Shown: positions 62,731 to 64,000 of the stretch, one piece after another | Position numbering within the stretch: position 1 is the stretch's first letter | Layout: each line of letters opens with the position of its first letter | NCBI RefSeq assembly: GCF_004010195.1 | Contig: NC_057733.1 | Location: forward strand, 39,312,668-39,376,667 | Direction of reading: 5' to 3' | Length of the DNA stretch: 64,000 bases | Origin: Chiloscyllium plagiosum | Taxonomy: Eukaryota | Program-made: the position numbers and the translations under genes | Notes under the pieces: model-generated | The model's input: only the letters and a program-made list of their open reading frames with translations | The model's database searches: none | Told to the model about the DNA's origin: nothing

Positions 62731-64000
62731 CTGAGGATTGGAGTAATCAATTTAATGCTTAATTGTGCCTTGAGTGTTTTAACTTTGAAATTGCACAAAT
62801 GACCTTGCCACAACTTTGCAGAGCACAATTCCCTACAAGTTAACAATATATGCGCTTAACTGATATATACTGAGGTGTGCATGTATAAGTTTATAAAATG
62901 TAAATGTAAAGATGTAGGAGACTTTCTGAATGCATAGCTTCTCTGAATATGAAAATACTAAGAAGATTGACTTCATGCATGTGGAAATGGGATCTGAGTC
63001 TCTAAATGTGGGAATAAGCCGCATGGATTTGCTAAATTAGCACCTCCTTCTCCAATTAGCTGGTGATATTCCACTTAGAACACCTTTAAAATATATGCTG
63101 AAACACAACATTATTTGGCAGAATATTAGTCAATACTTTTGTCACCATGATCACCAAAGAAACATATACATCCCCACCTAGAATGGGTTAGATTGCATTT
63201 CAATGCACTCAATAACTAATGACTGTATTCCAGAGCACTTTAGTGATAATAACAACGTGGGAATCAAAACAATTGAAATTAAGACTTGCCTCCTTCTTGG
63301 AAACAATCCAAGGTGTTTCAAGATCTAAGTGCAAAAGTAAACAGGTAAGATGAGTATTAGAAAGCCATAAAATATGATGAGAAATTTATTTCAGATGAAC
63401 AGTAGCCTCAATGTATTATAACTTTTGTGAAAGATCACTGTTGGAATGAACAAATGTTTTTACCTCTGTGGGTTTGAAAATATAAAAGATTATTTGTTCT
63501 TGAGGTTTTAAGTATGAGATCACAGTTCCAGTATCTCTCTAGCTTTTAAAGAAACACATTATGTAATAGCAATCCCATTTGGCCAAATAAACTGTTTTAT
63601 TCAACAATGCCGATAAAATAATATACATTTATCAATTAAAAGAAACAAAACTTGAAACATCCTGAAAATTGCGCTGGTGAGTGCACTGAGGAGAGGTTTC
63701 TGAGATGGAAGCGAGGATCAGGACGCCAGCCGAGGGAAGATCAGCTTGGAAGTAGTTGGTAATGCTTGACGGAAACTTTGAATTATTGTGACTTGATCCC
63801 TGTGGAATGAATGTACAACATATAAAAGGAAATTTCTTAAACGTACTCTTCCAAGCATGCTTGCTCCATGCAGATATCCTGGATTGCAAATTGGATGCAT
63901 GAAGCTCCAGACACAGAGCTATCTTCAGTTCTAAATCCCACAACTCAAAACTGTTGTTTTGCCATGGGGAGCGTTTGTTGAAATATTTTACTGGTGAAGC

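Overview
This is a repeat-dense, non-coding stretch of a vertebrate genome, most likely a shark or other cartilaginous fish (inferred from HE1-like SINEs and HER1-like CR1 LINEs). I found no intact host protein-coding gene. Almost every meaningful ORF in the track is a decayed retroelement fragment. The window holds about 15 CR1 LINE pieces from several subfamilies, distinguished by their 3' microsatellite tails, plus four HE1-like SINEs and older tRNA/Deu-type SINEs. It also has a decayed Gypsy pol with integrase upstream of RT (Gmr1-like order), two probable LTRs, a decayed Harbinger transposase and a tRNA-Asp-derived relic. There is a 385-nt N gap and one candidate host exon near 62.7 kb. 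The most interesting signal is a set of about 11 Penelope-like (PLE) pieces. One keeps a GIY-YIG domain between inverted pLTRs; many others are short fold-back elements. They carry minimal hammerhead-ribozyme motifs, are flanked by 10-16 bp target-site duplications (TSDs), and repeatedly break a few nt upstream of the hammerhead core. Hammerheads in PLEs are known; the breakpoint and TSD pattern is my observation and its novelty is unverified. Boundaries of old repeats are approximate and family names come from recalled motifs, not database searches.
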